A stretch of DNA of 64,000 bases from contig NC_045697.1 of the NCBI RefSeq assembly GCF_009834535.1, forward strand, positions 27,902,001 through 27,966,000. Reading direction: 5' to 3'. The notes under the pieces were generated by a model, which saw nothing but the letters and a program-made list of their open reading frames with translations, was not told the origin of the DNA and did no database searches. Below are positions 62,787-64,000 of this stretch, piece after piece (the first letter of the stretch is position 1; each line of letters opens with the position of its first letter). The stretch is from Camelus ferus (taxonomy: Eukaryota). The position numbers and the translations under genes are program-made.

Positions 62787-63169
62787 TGTGAGCTGGCCTT
62801 GAGATGAGTTAAGGCCATGGGACCCAAGGCCACGACTACAGAGCATGTTTGTAGTATGCAGTAAATAATTGCTCCACGCATGCGTCAATTATATAAGGTT
62901 TAGAACAAAGAAAATAGAAGTACGCATGTGCTAGAGATGTTCTGTAAGCCTAATGAACAAAGAAACTCAGACCACGCATGTGCTGACAGAAAACAGATAA
63001 AAGCAGGACAGGTGCATCATAGGCGTGCACCTCCCTGTGGCAATAAAGTGTTGTTAACCCCGTGGTGTCTCTGGCTGAAGTCTGTCTGGCGGTATGGCAA
63101 CTCCTTGTGCATTTTTTAATTTGGGCCGCTCACCACCTAGAACACCATGTCAGCCTCCCTCGGCTGACA
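62787..63169 (+). repeat. 5' LTR (~383 bp; left end inferred)
   Basis: TGTGAGC...GCTGACA imperfect terminal inverted repeat, TATA-like gataaaag near 62996, AATAAA at 63042-63047, CA end 2 nt before the PBS. Confidence 0.75.
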
Positions 63170-63171
63170 CT

Positions 63172-63189
63172 TGGCGCTGTGAGCAGGAT
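63172..63189 (+). promoter_or_regulatory. Primer binding site complementary to tRNA-Ser(CGA)
   Basis: TGGCGCTGTGAGCAGGAT is the reverse complement of ATCCTGCTCACAGCG+CCA, the 3' end of mammalian tRNA-Ser(CGA) as recalled. Confidence 0.88.
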
Positions 63190-63237
63190 GAGGTGAGTGC
63201 CCCCTCTGAACCCCCTGCCCCTGACAGGGATGCTCTG

Positions 63238-64000
63238 ATGGAAGCAAAGTGGCCCCCTACCTCTGTATGGTACCCGGTGACAGCCTATTTGCTGACGTGG
63301 GCTCAGCCTGAGGATTGGGACACAGTGGCACCCCGGCCAGATGACGTCCAGAGGATGTTGGAGCTGTTAGAAAATAATGTCCCATTAGCCCACCAAGAGG
63401 CAGCCGGGAGGGTAGCCTGGATGTTCTTATCTGTTTTATGGCATGCTAGCCAAGACATGAGAGATTTACAGATGCAAGCGGAGGAGTTGCAGTGCAGAGA
63501 AGAGGAGCTTAAGCAGAGACCCAGCACAGCAGAAAGGTGTCTGCATGGTGCTAGCCCCGCCACCTCTGAGAGCAGCTATGCCTGTGTAGCTCCAGTCCCA
63601 CCATCTCCGAGAGTGATAAGCCCGGCTCCTAGCCCCGTTCCACTACGTCTATGGCCCATGATGAAGCAGCAGATGGAAGTGGAGGAGCCTATGGCTCAGG
63701 GGGGAATTCCTGCGGGGCCATGGCAAGTGACACGGCAAACCACCTATACGTCCTACACATCAATGGAATTGAGAGACCTGGCAAAGCAATGCAAGCAGCG
63801 TATGGGTGAGTCAATCCCCGCATGGTTACTGCGCCTTTGGGATGATGGGGCTGACCAGACCGAGCTATCTCTGAAGGAGATGGGCCAGCTGGCCAGCATA
63901 ACAACTCTGCCCCTCACTGCGGCAGAGGCTGCAAACTGTTCCCCAGTCAAATGCTGATGCTGGCAACCATACGCTGATAAGCTGGTTAATGGCTGCTGTA
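63238..64000 (+). pseudogene. gag: ERV gag with a +1 frameshift at 63910-63913
   Basis: MEAKWPPTSVWYPVTAYLLTWAQ...AGRVAWMFL...coiled coil...YTSMELRDLAKQCKQRMGESIPAWLLRLWDDGAD is class III Gag; continues in the shifted frame as SLRQRLQ...NHTLISWLMAAV. Confidence 0.85.

Larger units (their letters stand above)
62787..64000 (+). mobile_element. Class III ERV-S-like provirus, 5' part (continues past the window)
   Basis: LTR, tRNA-Ser PBS, splice donor and gag occur in canonical proviral order. Confidence 0.9.

Noticed and set aside
63094..63237. N-terminal 48 codons of the 287-aa ORF as part of a host gene
   Set aside because: They run through LTR U5, the PBS and the leader; Gag similarity starts near ATG 63238

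Overview
Mammalian genomic DNA from the TLR10-TLR1(-TLR6) cluster. It is most likely camelid, judged from two Vic-1-type tRNA-derived SINEs and artiodactyl-type L1 3' ends. There are two intact minus-strand genes with single coding exons: TLR10 (37532-39967, 811 aa) and TLR1 (54677-57067, 796 aa). Their non-coding 5' exons can be traced from splice signals. The first ~36 kb is gene-free and rich in repeats (MIR, L2, L1/HAL1, MaLR and ERVL LTRs, DNA transposons). The most notable elements are two class III (ERV-S/ERV-L-like) proviruses. One is old and internally deleted, has pol and env-like remnants, and splits a MIR (7670-10203). The other is better preserved and starts ~1 kb upstream of the TLR1 first exon, head-to-head with it. 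It has an LTR at 62787-63169, an 18-nt tRNA-Ser(CGA) primer binding site, and a gag with one frameshift that runs off the window end. Other leads: a 105-nt TLR10/TLR1 conversion-like tract in the TIR domain, uORFs at both TLR starts, and an L1 insertion whose target-site duplication copied the likely TLR10 poly(A) signal. Repeat family names and comparisons with human sequences are from recall, not database searches. No wholly new gene system is supported.
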